DNA of 64,000 nucleotides from contig JAFCDN010000010.1 in assembly GCA_017609625.1 (NCBI GenBank), forward strand, positions 9,153 to 73,152, read 5' to 3'. This DNA comes from Candidatus Iainarchaeum sp. (lineage in GTDB: Archaea > Iainarchaeota > Iainarchaeia > Iainarchaeales > 1-14-0-10-31-34). The position numbers and the translations under genes are program-made. A model generated the notes under the pieces. It did no database searches and had not been told where the DNA came from. It worked only from the letters and a program-made list of their open reading frames with translations. Positions 47,143 through 54,881 of this stretch are shown here, one piece after another; position 1 is the first letter of the stretch; every line of letters starts with the position of its first letter.

Positions 47143-48360
47143 ATGAAGGAAAGTAATGAAATTTTTTTGAAGAAAAAATTTCGCTCTTATTATAAGTCAG
47201 GTTTTATTGATTCAGTTCCAGAGCTGGAAAAAAGAGAATTCGGTTACGGGGTTTTTGGAAAAAAAATTATTGCAAGACACCTTTCTTTTTCCACTGCAAA
47301 GGAATTCAACTCTTTTTTAAGGGAAGACACTCCTTTTTTTGTTTCTTATTCCCCTGCTTTCTATGAATTCCCTGACAAAAGGCCAATGGAAAGGAAAATC
47401 TACTTAAAATCTGACTTGATTTATGAATTTGATGCAGATGATTTGAAAACAGACTGCAAACAAAAACATGATTCCTGGAAATGCAAAGAATGCAAATCAA
47501 AAGGAAAAGGTTTGGTTGAAAAATGTCCTTCCTGCGGTTCAAACACTGAAACAGAAGAATGGGTTTGCGAAGAATGCTTAAACGAAACAAAAAAACAGTC
47601 TTTAAAACTGATTAATTTCCTTGAAAAAGATTTCAGTTTCTCTGAAGGAATTTCAGTTAATTTTTCCGGAGCAAAAGGATTTCATATTCATTTAAGAAGC
47701 GAAGAAATCCAGAATTTAAGTGCAGCCGCAAGAATTGAACTGCTGGATTACCTTACAGCAAATGATTTAGAGTTAAAAAAATTGGGTTTTGTTTATTCAA
47801 AAAACAAAATGCTCTGCCCAAAAGAATCTGAAGCGTTTGGCTGGAGCAAAAAAGTCCTTTTTTCTCTGAAAGAATTAATAGAAAAAGAAGATGCAGAAAA
47901 AATCTCTGCTTTAGGAAACTCTAGAACCTCTGTAATAAAAAAGTTTCTTGAAAAAAAAGAACTGATTTTAAAGGGAATGAAAAACGGTTTTTTGTTTCCA
48001 AAACCTTCTGCTTCAGAAAAATTCTGGACTTCTCTTCTTTCAGCTCTTGTTGAAAAAGAAAAGCTTTTTTTGGACAGGCAGACTTCAATGGATCTGGCAA
48101 AAATAATCAGGGTTCCTGATTCAATTCATGGCTCTACAGGACTGCAGGCAAAAAGCTTTTCCATGGAAGAATTCAAGAATTTTAAGCCTTTAGAGCAAGG
48201 CATAATCTTTTCAAATAATCCTTTAAGAGTTTTTATTAAAAGTACTCCTAAATTCAGTTTAAAGGGAGAAAACTTTGGACCGTTTAATTTAGAGGAAACA
48301 GAATTGCCTGAATTTGCTGCAGTTTATCTGCTTGCAAGGAATTCAGCCAAGCTGGTGTAA
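47143..48360 (+). CDS. priS: DNA primase small (catalytic) subunit PriS
   Basis: Catalytic LIYEFDADDL, GAKGFHIHL, and a Zn-binding CKQKHDSWKCKECKS...CPSCGS...CEEC. RBS aagaggt. Confidence 0.85.
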   Translation: MKESNEIFLKKKFRSYYKSGFIDSVPELEKREFGYGVFGKKIIARHLSFSTAKEFNSFLREDTPFFVSYSPAFYEFPDKRPMERKIYLKSDLIYEFDADDLKTDCKQKHDSWKCKECKSKGKGLVEKCPSCGSNTETEEWVCEECLNETKKQSLKLINFLEKDFSFSEGISVNFSGAKGFHIHLRSEEIQNLSAAARIELLDYLTANDLELKKLGFVYSKNKMLCPKESEAFGWSKKVLFSLKELIEKEDAEKISALGNSRTSVIKKFLEKKELILKGMKNGFLFPKPSASEKFWTSLLSALVEKEKLFLDRQTSMDLAKIIRVPDSIHGSTGLQAKSFSMEEFKNFKPLEQGIIFSNNPLRVFIKSTPKFSLKGENFGPFNLEETELPEFAAVYLLARNSAKLV

Positions 48361-48363
48361 AAA

Positions 48364-48912
48364 ATGGAATTAAATTATGATGAAATAAGAAGGATTTATC
48401 GTCTGGAGAAGAACACTTCAAAGTTAGTGGAAGTGCCGGAAGATTTTTTCTATTCTCTTGCAGATTTTATTGTGCAGGAAAAAGAAAACTATTTTGATTC
48501 AATGAAAGACCTTAATTTTGGGAAAGCCCGCGGTTTTACTAATTTAAAAAAAATGGTTGAAGAAATTTTAAGTTTGCGCCAGAAAAAAATTTTAAGCAAG
48601 GCTTTAGTTGCATCAAAGACTTCTGAAGAAAACGAAGAAATAATGTCTTCAGAAGAAAAAAAATTATTCGATGAAATGCTGAAAGTTTTAAATTCACATA
48701 ATTCTTTGATTGAATCTGTTTTTGTAGGAAAAAAGAAAACAGTAAAAGAAAAGGATTTAAATAAGGTTTTAGTTAGAATTCTTTCTGATGTTCCTTCTTT
48801 CATTGGAACTGATATGAAAGAATACGGCCCTTATAAGAAAAACGAAAAAGTTAAATTGCCTCCGAAAATTGCAAAACTTTTTGTTTCAAGAAAAATCGGA
48901 GAAAAAGTATAG
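48364..48912 (+). CDS. GINS complex subunit Gins51 (Sld5/Psf1-like)
   Basis: N-terminal MELNYDEIRRIYRLEKNTSKLVEVPEDFFYSL... is a typical archaeal GINS A-domain start. It lies immediately downstream of priS, as in many archaea. Confidence 0.6.
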   Translation: MELNYDEIRRIYRLEKNTSKLVEVPEDFFYSLADFIVQEKENYFDSMKDLNFGKARGFTNLKKMVEEILSLRQKKILSKALVASKTSEENEEIMSSEEKKLFDEMLKVLNSHNSLIESVFVGKKKTVKEKDLNKVLVRILSDVPSFIGTDMKEYGPYKKNEKVKLPPKIAKLFVSRKIGEKV

Positions 48913-48920
48913 GTGATATA

Positions 48921-49109
48921 ATGGCAGGACCAAGCATTCCAAAAACAAGAACAAGGTTTTTGGAAATAAAATGCATTAAATGCGGGAAAGAAAGAAAAGT
49001 TTTTTCTGCTTCAAACAGGGAAATAAAATGCAAAGGGTGCGATGAAGTTTTAGTTTATCCTTCAGCTTCAAGAGCAGCAATCCAGGCAAAAGTAATTAAA
49101 GTTTTATAA
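48921..49109 (+). CDS. rps27e: Ribosomal protein eS27 (S27e), C4 zinc finger
   Basis: FLEIKCIKCGKERKVFSASNREIKCKGCDEVLVYPSASRA matches S27e (C-x2-C...VFSHA...C-x2-C). It precedes aIF2-alpha, as in the conserved archaeal order. Confidence 0.75.
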   Translation: MAGPSIPKTRTRFLEIKCIKCGKERKVFSASNREIKCKGCDEVLVYPSASRAAIQAKVIKVL

Positions 49110-49118
49110 AGGATTTTT

Positions 49119-49889
49119 ATGGAAAAAGAACTTCCAGCAGTAAATGAAATTGTAGTGGTGCGTGTAACAAAAGTACTGAATTACGGTGCTTTTGTTGAAT
49201 TATTAGAGTATAACAATGAAAAAGGCTTTGTGCATATTTCTCAGGTAACTTCTGGCTGGATTAAAAACATAAGGAATTTTGTAAAAGAAAACCAGATTCG
49301 CGCTGCACAGGTTCTTGCAATAGACCAGTACAAAAACCAGATTGATTTGAGTTTAAATAAAGTTTCTTCCGGCATTCAAAGAAGAAAAATAGAAGAATAC
49401 AGCAGATTAGTAAGAGCAAAAAAACTTATTGAAGTTTTGGCTAAAGCAAAAAAAGTTTCTTTTGATGAAGCATGGGAAAACACTGCAGATCCTTTGCTTA
49501 ATGAATTTCCTTCTCTTTCTGAAGCATTTAATGAAATTTCCCTTTCAGGAAAAGTTTCTGTTTTAGTAAAAGAACCCTGGAATTCTGAATTATTAGAATT
49601 GGTGAAGAAAAATGTTTCTGTCCCGAAAAAAACAGTGAAAGGAATTCTTGAATTAATCTGTTTTGAACCAAACGGGGTTGAAATAATAAAAAAAGCTTTG
49701 AGTGAAGCAGAAAAACTTGCAGGAAAAGACTCTGAATTAATTTATTTAGGTTCAGGAAAATATCAGATTGAAGTTGTTTCTGCTGACTACAAGTCAGCTG
49801 AAAAAAAATTAAATAATTCAGTTGAAAAGGCAACTGAAATAATTGCTAAAGTAAAAGGAAAAGTAGAATTCAAAAAAATTGAAGAGTAA
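49119..49889 (+). CDS. eif2a: Translation initiation factor 2 alpha subunit (aIF2-alpha)
   Basis: S1 domain LPAVNEIVVVRVTKVLNYGAFVELLEYNNEKGFVHISQVTSGWIKNIRNF. Confidence 0.9.
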   Translation: MEKELPAVNEIVVVRVTKVLNYGAFVELLEYNNEKGFVHISQVTSGWIKNIRNFVKENQIRAAQVLAIDQYKNQIDLSLNKVSSGIQRRKIEEYSRLVRAKKLIEVLAKAKKVSFDEAWENTADPLLNEFPSLSEAFNEISLSGKVSVLVKEPWNSELLELVKKNVSVPKKTVKGILELICFEPNGVEIIKKALSEAEKLAGKDSELIYLGSGKYQIEVVSADYKSAEKKLNNSVEKATEIIAKVKGKVEFKKIEE

Positions 49890-49908
49890 TGTAACAAATA
49901 AAAAACCT

Positions 49909-50700
49909 ATGATAAGTGATTTGTTTATGACTAAAGTAAAATTTCTGAAAAAGAAAAAATTCAAGAACGCAGTAATGTTTTCAGGTCTGCCTGGAATTGG
50001 TTTGGTTGGAAAGATTGCAGTAGACTATATGTTAAAACATTTTAAGGCAGAAAAAATCGCTGAAATAACTTCTGATGCTTTTCCTCCTAGCGTTCACACA
50101 AAACATTCAGTTATTGAATTAATTCAGGATGAATTATGCCACTATAATTTCAAAGGAAAAGATTATGTTTTTCTTGCAGGTCCTGTACAGCCTGCTTTAG
50201 ATGCTTCTTTGGCTTCAGCAAAAGAACACTATGAATTTGCTCAGGAAGTTGTTGCTGCAGCAAAACAAATTGGAGTAAAAGAAATTTACACTCTTGCAGG
50301 AATAAATGTAGGAGAAAAAAGAATGAATTCAGAACCAAGAGTTGTTGTAGCAGCAACAGACAAAAAAATGATTGCAGAATTCAAGAAACTAAATGCAATT
50401 GAAGGCCATGAAGAAGGCTTAATTTCTGGCGCAGCAGGACTGATAGTAGGCCTTGCAATAGAAGAAAAAATTAAAGGCGCGTGTTTAATGGGGGAAACAA
50501 ATGCAAGACTGATTTATGGCGACAACGGAGCAGCAAAAAAAATAATTGAAATTCTTTCAAAAAAATTTGGCTTTAAATTAAACATGAACCAGATAGAAAA
50601 AGACTCAAAAGAAATAGAAAAAGCCTTTCAGCAGTTAAGCAAGCAGTTGGAAAACAGAGACGATGAACTTCCGGAAAAAGGCCTTTCATATGTTAGATAA
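49909..50700 (+). CDS. PAC2-family proteasome assembly chaperone-like protein (COG1938)
   Basis: SGLPGIGLVGKIAVDYML is the PAC2 signature. The track start 49879 is a TTG overlapping the eif2a stop; ATG 49909 is more plausible. Confidence 0.55.
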   Translation: MISDLFMTKVKFLKKKKFKNAVMFSGLPGIGLVGKIAVDYMLKHFKAEKIAEITSDAFPPSVHTKHSVIELIQDELCHYNFKGKDYVFLAGPVQPALDASLASAKEHYEFAQEVVAAAKQIGVKEIYTLAGINVGEKRMNSEPRVVVAATDKKMIAEFKKLNAIEGHEEGLISGAAGLIVGLAIEEKIKGACLMGETNARLIYGDNGAAKKIIEILSKKFGFKLNMNQIEKDSKEIEKAFQQLSKQLENRDDELPEKGLSYVR

Positions 50701-51972
50701 TTAAAACTCAAACAATTTTTTCTGCTGGGCAGAAAACTGTTTTTTTTCTTTCTGCTCTAATTCAAACTTTTTCTTTTCAAAATCTTTTTTGTTTTCACAG
50801 ATTATTGGTTTGCCGTACTGCCCTCCGCCGCCTTCTTCAAACAAAACCAGTCCTTTTCTAAAACAGTCAATCTTTTTTGCAATCCCTGCATCAACTTTCA
50901 TCAGCTCTTCAATCGGCTCGTCAACCAAAACATTTATTTCAGAGCCAAACTTTTCAACAAAATTTTTCCACAAAAACTGAATCTTCTGTGAAGTGATTAA
51001 TTTGATTTTCAGTTTGCTTTGGATTATTTCCTGCAATGGAAGCAAATGCAAATAATCAGGCCTGAAATCAGGCTTTTCATTTTTTCCGTCTGAAAGCATT
51101 TCAATTCTTTCCACTACCCCTCGTTTGATTTCTTTTTTGCATTCAATGCATTTCCATTTTAATTTTTCTGCTTCCTGCAGAGTATATTTTGTATAACAGC
51201 TCTGACAGGCTGTTCTATGATATTTTCCTTCTTTTGGATTTAATCCGACATTTAATACAATTCTTTTCTCTTCTTTTTCACTCAAAGCTTTTTGCAGTTC
51301 CTTAAAAGAAGGGTCTTTTAATTTGATTCTGTTGAATTCTCTTCCCAAACGAAAAGGCCAGGGAGAATGCGAATCAGAGTTTGAAAGAAAAATAAATTCC
51401 CTGTCTTCTTTAATTTTGTCTGCCAAAAAAGAATCTGCGCTTAACCCTAGTTCTAAAAAAGAAATTTTTTTTCCTTGCTCTCCATAAGCTTTTCTTATTG
51501 AATCAAAAAAAGCATAAACTCCAAAATACGGAGTAAAAGCATGTGCTGGACCAATCATTCCTCCTGCATCAAAAACTATTTCTGAGATTTGTTCCCCGTT
51601 TAATTTCATTCTTGGACGCCCGCCCATAATTGAATCCAGTTCATTAGTGTAGTTTCTGAATTTTTTCCTAATCTCTTCTATTGCATTAAAATCCGGCAGA
51701 AAAATAATATGGTGAACTTTATTTTTGCATTGCACTTCTGTTCCCAACACAAAAGAAATTTCATTGTTTTTTGCCTTAAATATTCCATTTTCTTCTTCAA
51801 CTAAATTTTCTTTTAAATGAGAAATCCAGTGTCTGTTTAAACAGTCTGCAGAGCTTAAAAAATTCAGGCCTTTTAGTTCAGCTTGTTCTGCTATAATCGG
51901 AATAAGCATATTTTTGCTTACTCCTACAGAGTAAGGGCTGTGGTAATGCAAATCAGAGTCAAATTCTTTCAT
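50701..51972 (-). CDS. PHP-domain protein, endonuclease Q-like (EndoQ/TIGR00375 family)
   Basis: N-terminal DLHYHSPYSVGVSKNMLIPIIAEQAELKGLNFLSSADCLNRHW is a PHP motif. C-terminal Zn-ribbon CQSCY...CIECKKE, in a ~423-aa protein. Family recalled from memory. Confidence 0.5.
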   Translation of the reverse strand: MKEFDSDLHYHSPYSVGVSKNMLIPIIAEQAELKGLNFLSSADCLNRHWISHLKENLVEEENGIFKAKNNEISFVLGTEVQCKNKVHHIIFLPDFNAIEEIRKKFRNYTNELDSIMGGRPRMKLNGEQISEIVFDAGGMIGPAHAFTPYFGVYAFFDSIRKAYGEQGKKISFLELGLSADSFLADKIKEDREFIFLSNSDSHSPWPFRLGREFNRIKLKDPSFKELQKALSEKEEKRIVLNVGLNPKEGKYHRTACQSCYTKYTLQEAEKLKWKCIECKKEIKRGVVERIEMLSDGKNEKPDFRPDYLHLLPLQEIIQSKLKIKLITSQKIQFLWKNFVEKFGSEINVLVDEPIEELMKVDAGIAKKIDCFRKGLVLFEEGGGGQYGKPIICENKKDFEKKKFELEQKEKKQFSAQQKKLFEF

Positions 51973-51998
51973 AAATAGAAAAAATAAAAGAAATGATT

Positions 51999-52484
51999 TT
52001 AAGTTGATTTTTCGAGTTTTTTGACTTCTTTTAGTATTTCCCTAAGTTCAGCAGTATATTCGCGAGTGATTTTTATTACGCGCTTCAATCCTTCCGCATC
52101 AATAACTTTGACGTTCTTTTTTTTCTCTGGAACCTTTTTGAGCAGCAGACTCTTTTTGGCTAAATTAGTGACTTGTATTAATCTATTTATTTCTCTTTCA
52201 ATAAATCTTGTTTTGCCTACAAACGCTTTTGGTCCTTTTAATGAGTACTCCATTACAATAGAGAAATATTTCGCTTTGCGTATTCTTATAGTTGCTATAC
52301 TTGCTCTAAATTGGCTTAGGGTTTCTTTTTCATTTAAAATTCTATTTAAAACTTTTTTTTCTGCTCTTTTTCTAGCGCTTTGACCTCTTTTAATTTTTGA
52401 CTTAGGGTGCTTAACATAGTCAAACAAAGTTTTTTTGGCTCCAAGTCCTTTAGATTTTTTAGGCATACTATTTTGCTGAAACAA
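51999..52484 (-). CDS. Basic hypothetical protein (possible nucleic-acid-binding)
   Basis: K/R-rich 161-aa ORF with no recognised family. The likely start is MPKKSKG at 52466. Confidence 0.3.
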   Translation of the reverse strand: MFQQNSMPKKSKGLGAKKTLFDYVKHPKSKIKRGQSARKRAEKKVLNRILNEKETLSQFRASIATIRIRKAKYFSIVMEYSLKGPKAFVGKTRFIEREINRLIQVTNLAKKSLLLKKVPEKKKNVKVIDAEGLKRVIKITREYTAELREILKEVKKLEKST

Positions 52485-52518
52485 AATAGTTTTAACCTGT
52501 TACCTGCTTTTTTTAATA

Positions 52519-53529
52519 ATGAAAGAAGCAAAATTCTGGAAAAAAGAAAAAGATTCTGTTAGATGTTTTGCATGCAAAAGAAACTGTTTAGTTGCAAAAG
52601 GAAAAACAGGCTTTTGCGGAGTAAGAAAAAATCTGGATGGAAAATTGTTTTCTTTGGTTTACGGAAAAAACCTGACTTTAGAAATTGATCCAATAGAAAA
52701 AAAACCTTTGTTTCATTTTCATCCAGCTTCAAATGTTTTAGGAGTAAGCACTTTTGGCTGTAATTTTGCCTGCCAGCACTGCCAGAATTTTCATATCTCA
52801 AAAGAATTCAATGAAAAAGCAATTGATGCTTTACCTTTTGTTTCTCCTGAAAAAGTGATTGAAGAGGCTTTAAGGGAAAATGTTGAAGGAATTGCATACA
52901 CTTATACTGAACCAACTATTTTCATTGAATATGCTTTGGATATAATGAAATTAGCAAAAGAAAACGGGTTGTTTAATGTTTTTGTTTCAAACGGATATAT
53001 GAGTACAGAAGTTTTAGCTGAGACAAAAAAATATTTGGATGCAATAAACATTGATTTAAAAGGAAATTCAGAATTCTATAAAAAAATCTGCGGAAATGTT
53101 GAAATCAAAGGAGTAAAAGAAAATATTAAATGGCTGTATAAAAACAAAATCCACACAGAAGCAACCTATTTAATTATCCCTTCTTTTAATGACAAAAAAG
53201 AATTTTTTGAAGAAGTTTCAGATTTTATTTTATCTCTTTCAGATAAAATTCCGCTGCATTTCACTGCATTTTATCCAACCTATAAATTAGATTATCTGCC
53301 CAGAACTTCTCCTTTAACTGTTCAGCAAGCAAAAGAAACCGCAGAAAAAAAAGGATTAAAATATGTGTATGCAGGAAACCTAAGAGAAGAAGAAAATTCT
53401 TTTTGTCCGCACTGCAAAAATCTGCTTGTTTCGCGCATGTATTTTAATGCAGAAATAAAAGGCATTAAAGAAAACAAATGTTCAAAGTGTGGAGCAGAAG
53501 TTGATTTTGTTTTAGGCAAACAAGCCTAA
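52519..53529 (+). CDS. Radical SAM enzyme, PflA-like / AmmeMemoRadiSam-type
   Basis: N-terminal C-x-C ...C..C, DPIEKKPLFHF, and a radical SAM cluster GCNFACQHCQNF, in a 336-aa protein. Confidence 0.8.
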   Translation: MKEAKFWKKEKDSVRCFACKRNCLVAKGKTGFCGVRKNLDGKLFSLVYGKNLTLEIDPIEKKPLFHFHPASNVLGVSTFGCNFACQHCQNFHISKEFNEKAIDALPFVSPEKVIEEALRENVEGIAYTYTEPTIFIEYALDIMKLAKENGLFNVFVSNGYMSTEVLAETKKYLDAINIDLKGNSEFYKKICGNVEIKGVKENIKWLYKNKIHTEATYLIIPSFNDKKEFFEEVSDFILSLSDKIPLHFTAFYPTYKLDYLPRTSPLTVQQAKETAEKKGLKYVYAGNLREEENSFCPHCKNLLVSRMYFNAEIKGIKENKCSKCGAEVDFVLGKQA

Positions 53530-53793
53530 AAAATACAATATAAGCATTACTCCAATTCCAGCCAAACCAAAAATTGCAGTAACTATTAAGGTTGGAACAA
53601 AAGGCAGGTTAACCTGAAAAACAAAGTGAACTATTCCAAAAACAATCAATCCTATAATAGAGTTAACTATAATCTTTTTCAGAACCAAAAAAATTATTAC
53701 TGCCGCGATAATAAGCACTATTCCAATAATTAGAACAGTAGGGTCTCCAATGAAATTCCCTGCAGTTTCTCCTGCTGTATGAGTTAAATCCAT
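53512..53793 (-). CDS. Small integral membrane protein (3 TM, hypothetical)
   Basis: 93-aa hydrophobic ORF. Confidence 0.3.
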   Translation of the reverse strand: MDLTHTAGETAGNFIGDPTVLIIGIVLIIAAVIIFLVLKKIIVNSIIGLIVFGIVHFVFQVNLPFVPTLIVTAIFGLAGIGVMLILYFLGLFA

Positions 53794-53879
53794 ATTCTCT
53801 CTAAAGACTTCTTATTCTTCTATTTAAAACCTTATGCCTGTCCTAAAGCTTTTTAAACAATTTTTTTGCTTTATTTATA

Positions 53880-54515
53880 ATGCCAAGGTTTAATGCGAAC
53901 CAGAAAAAAATTGCTGTTTTGCTTTTGCATGACTCTAAAACAGCAGAAGAATTAAGAGAGCAATTAGACATTCCATATGATAAATTAATGCAGGAATTGC
54001 GGGGAATGCTGAAATTAGAGGTAATTTTAAAAAAAGGTTTTCCTACAAAATTTTCTTTGAAAAAAGAAATTGCTGAGGCTGTGAGGAATAGAAAAATGAT
54101 TGCAGAAACAGACAAAAACAAATTAAGATTAAGGATTACAATAGAAATCCAGGCAATAGAAGAGAATTTACTGAAAAAACAACTAAAAGAAATCCAAGAC
54201 ACATTAAAAAAAGAGGATGTTTTCACTATTTATGACATAATTGAAGCAGAGCCTTTACAGCAAGGAGAACACTATTCTTCTTATTTAGACATAAACCTTT
54301 CAGTTAAAGACTTTCATGCTTTAATGAGATTAATGTTTTTATACGGCCCAAATTCTGTTGAAGTAATTAAGCCTGAAAAAGTAGAGTTTGCTTCAGGCGA
54401 ACTGCAGGACGGCCTGGTTTTAATCTCTGACTTGGTTCATTCTTACACTGAATTTATTGCAACAAGATTAAACAAAGAAGAATTATCAGAATTCAACAGA
54501 AAACTCTATGAATAA
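53880..54515 (+). CDS. Hypothetical protein with a possible N-terminal winged-helix DNA-binding domain
   Basis: NQKKIAVLLLHDSKTAEELREQLDIPYDKLMQELRGM is wHTH-like. The overlapping minus-strand ORF looks like low-complexity antisense. Confidence 0.3.
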   Translation: MPRFNANQKKIAVLLLHDSKTAEELREQLDIPYDKLMQELRGMLKLEVILKKGFPTKFSLKKEIAEAVRNRKMIAETDKNKLRLRITIEIQAIEENLLKKQLKEIQDTLKKEDVFTIYDIIEAEPLQQGEHYSSYLDINLSVKDFHALMRLMFLYGPNSVEVIKPEKVEFASGELQDGLVLISDLVHSYTEFIATRLNKEELSEFNRKLYE

Positions 54516-54768
54516 AGAAAAAAATTCTCAAAAAAATGAATTAAATAAAAAGAAAAATATTCTTTCTTTAAACAAAAAATTGTATGAAAAATTCATAAAA
54601 AATTGTATAAAAAAACAAGTATTTTTTAAGGTGAATCTCTCTGAAAAACACGAAAAAAAGGCTTCGTCAATACACGAAGCAAAATTCAACAATTCCCCAA
54701 AAAAAGCCCTTATTTGGCTGTTTTGGCAGGGTTTCTTTGTTTTTCAAAACAGAAACCTATTTAAATAA
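54508..54768 (+). CDS. Small K/N-rich hypothetical protein
   Basis: ORF only. Confidence 0.15.
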   Translation: MNKEKNSQKNELNKKKNILSLNKKLYEKFIKNCIKKQVFFKVNLSEKHEKKASSIHEAKFNNSPKKALIWLFWQGFFVFQNRNLFK

Positions 54769-54881
54769 AACATTATATTCAATATTAGAGCCTTTAGTTG
54801 TAGGACTGAATCTCTTGTATGGACTTCAGTTTGCATATAATGGTTCTTATTTTTTATTGAAATTGTGAGGTGAAATAAAGT

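Noticed and set aside
53843-54226. 127-aa minus-strand ORF overlapping 53880..54515
   Set aside because: It is an F/S/I-rich low-complexity antisense artefact of a K/E-rich plus-strand gene. The plus strand encodes a wHTH-like N-terminus.
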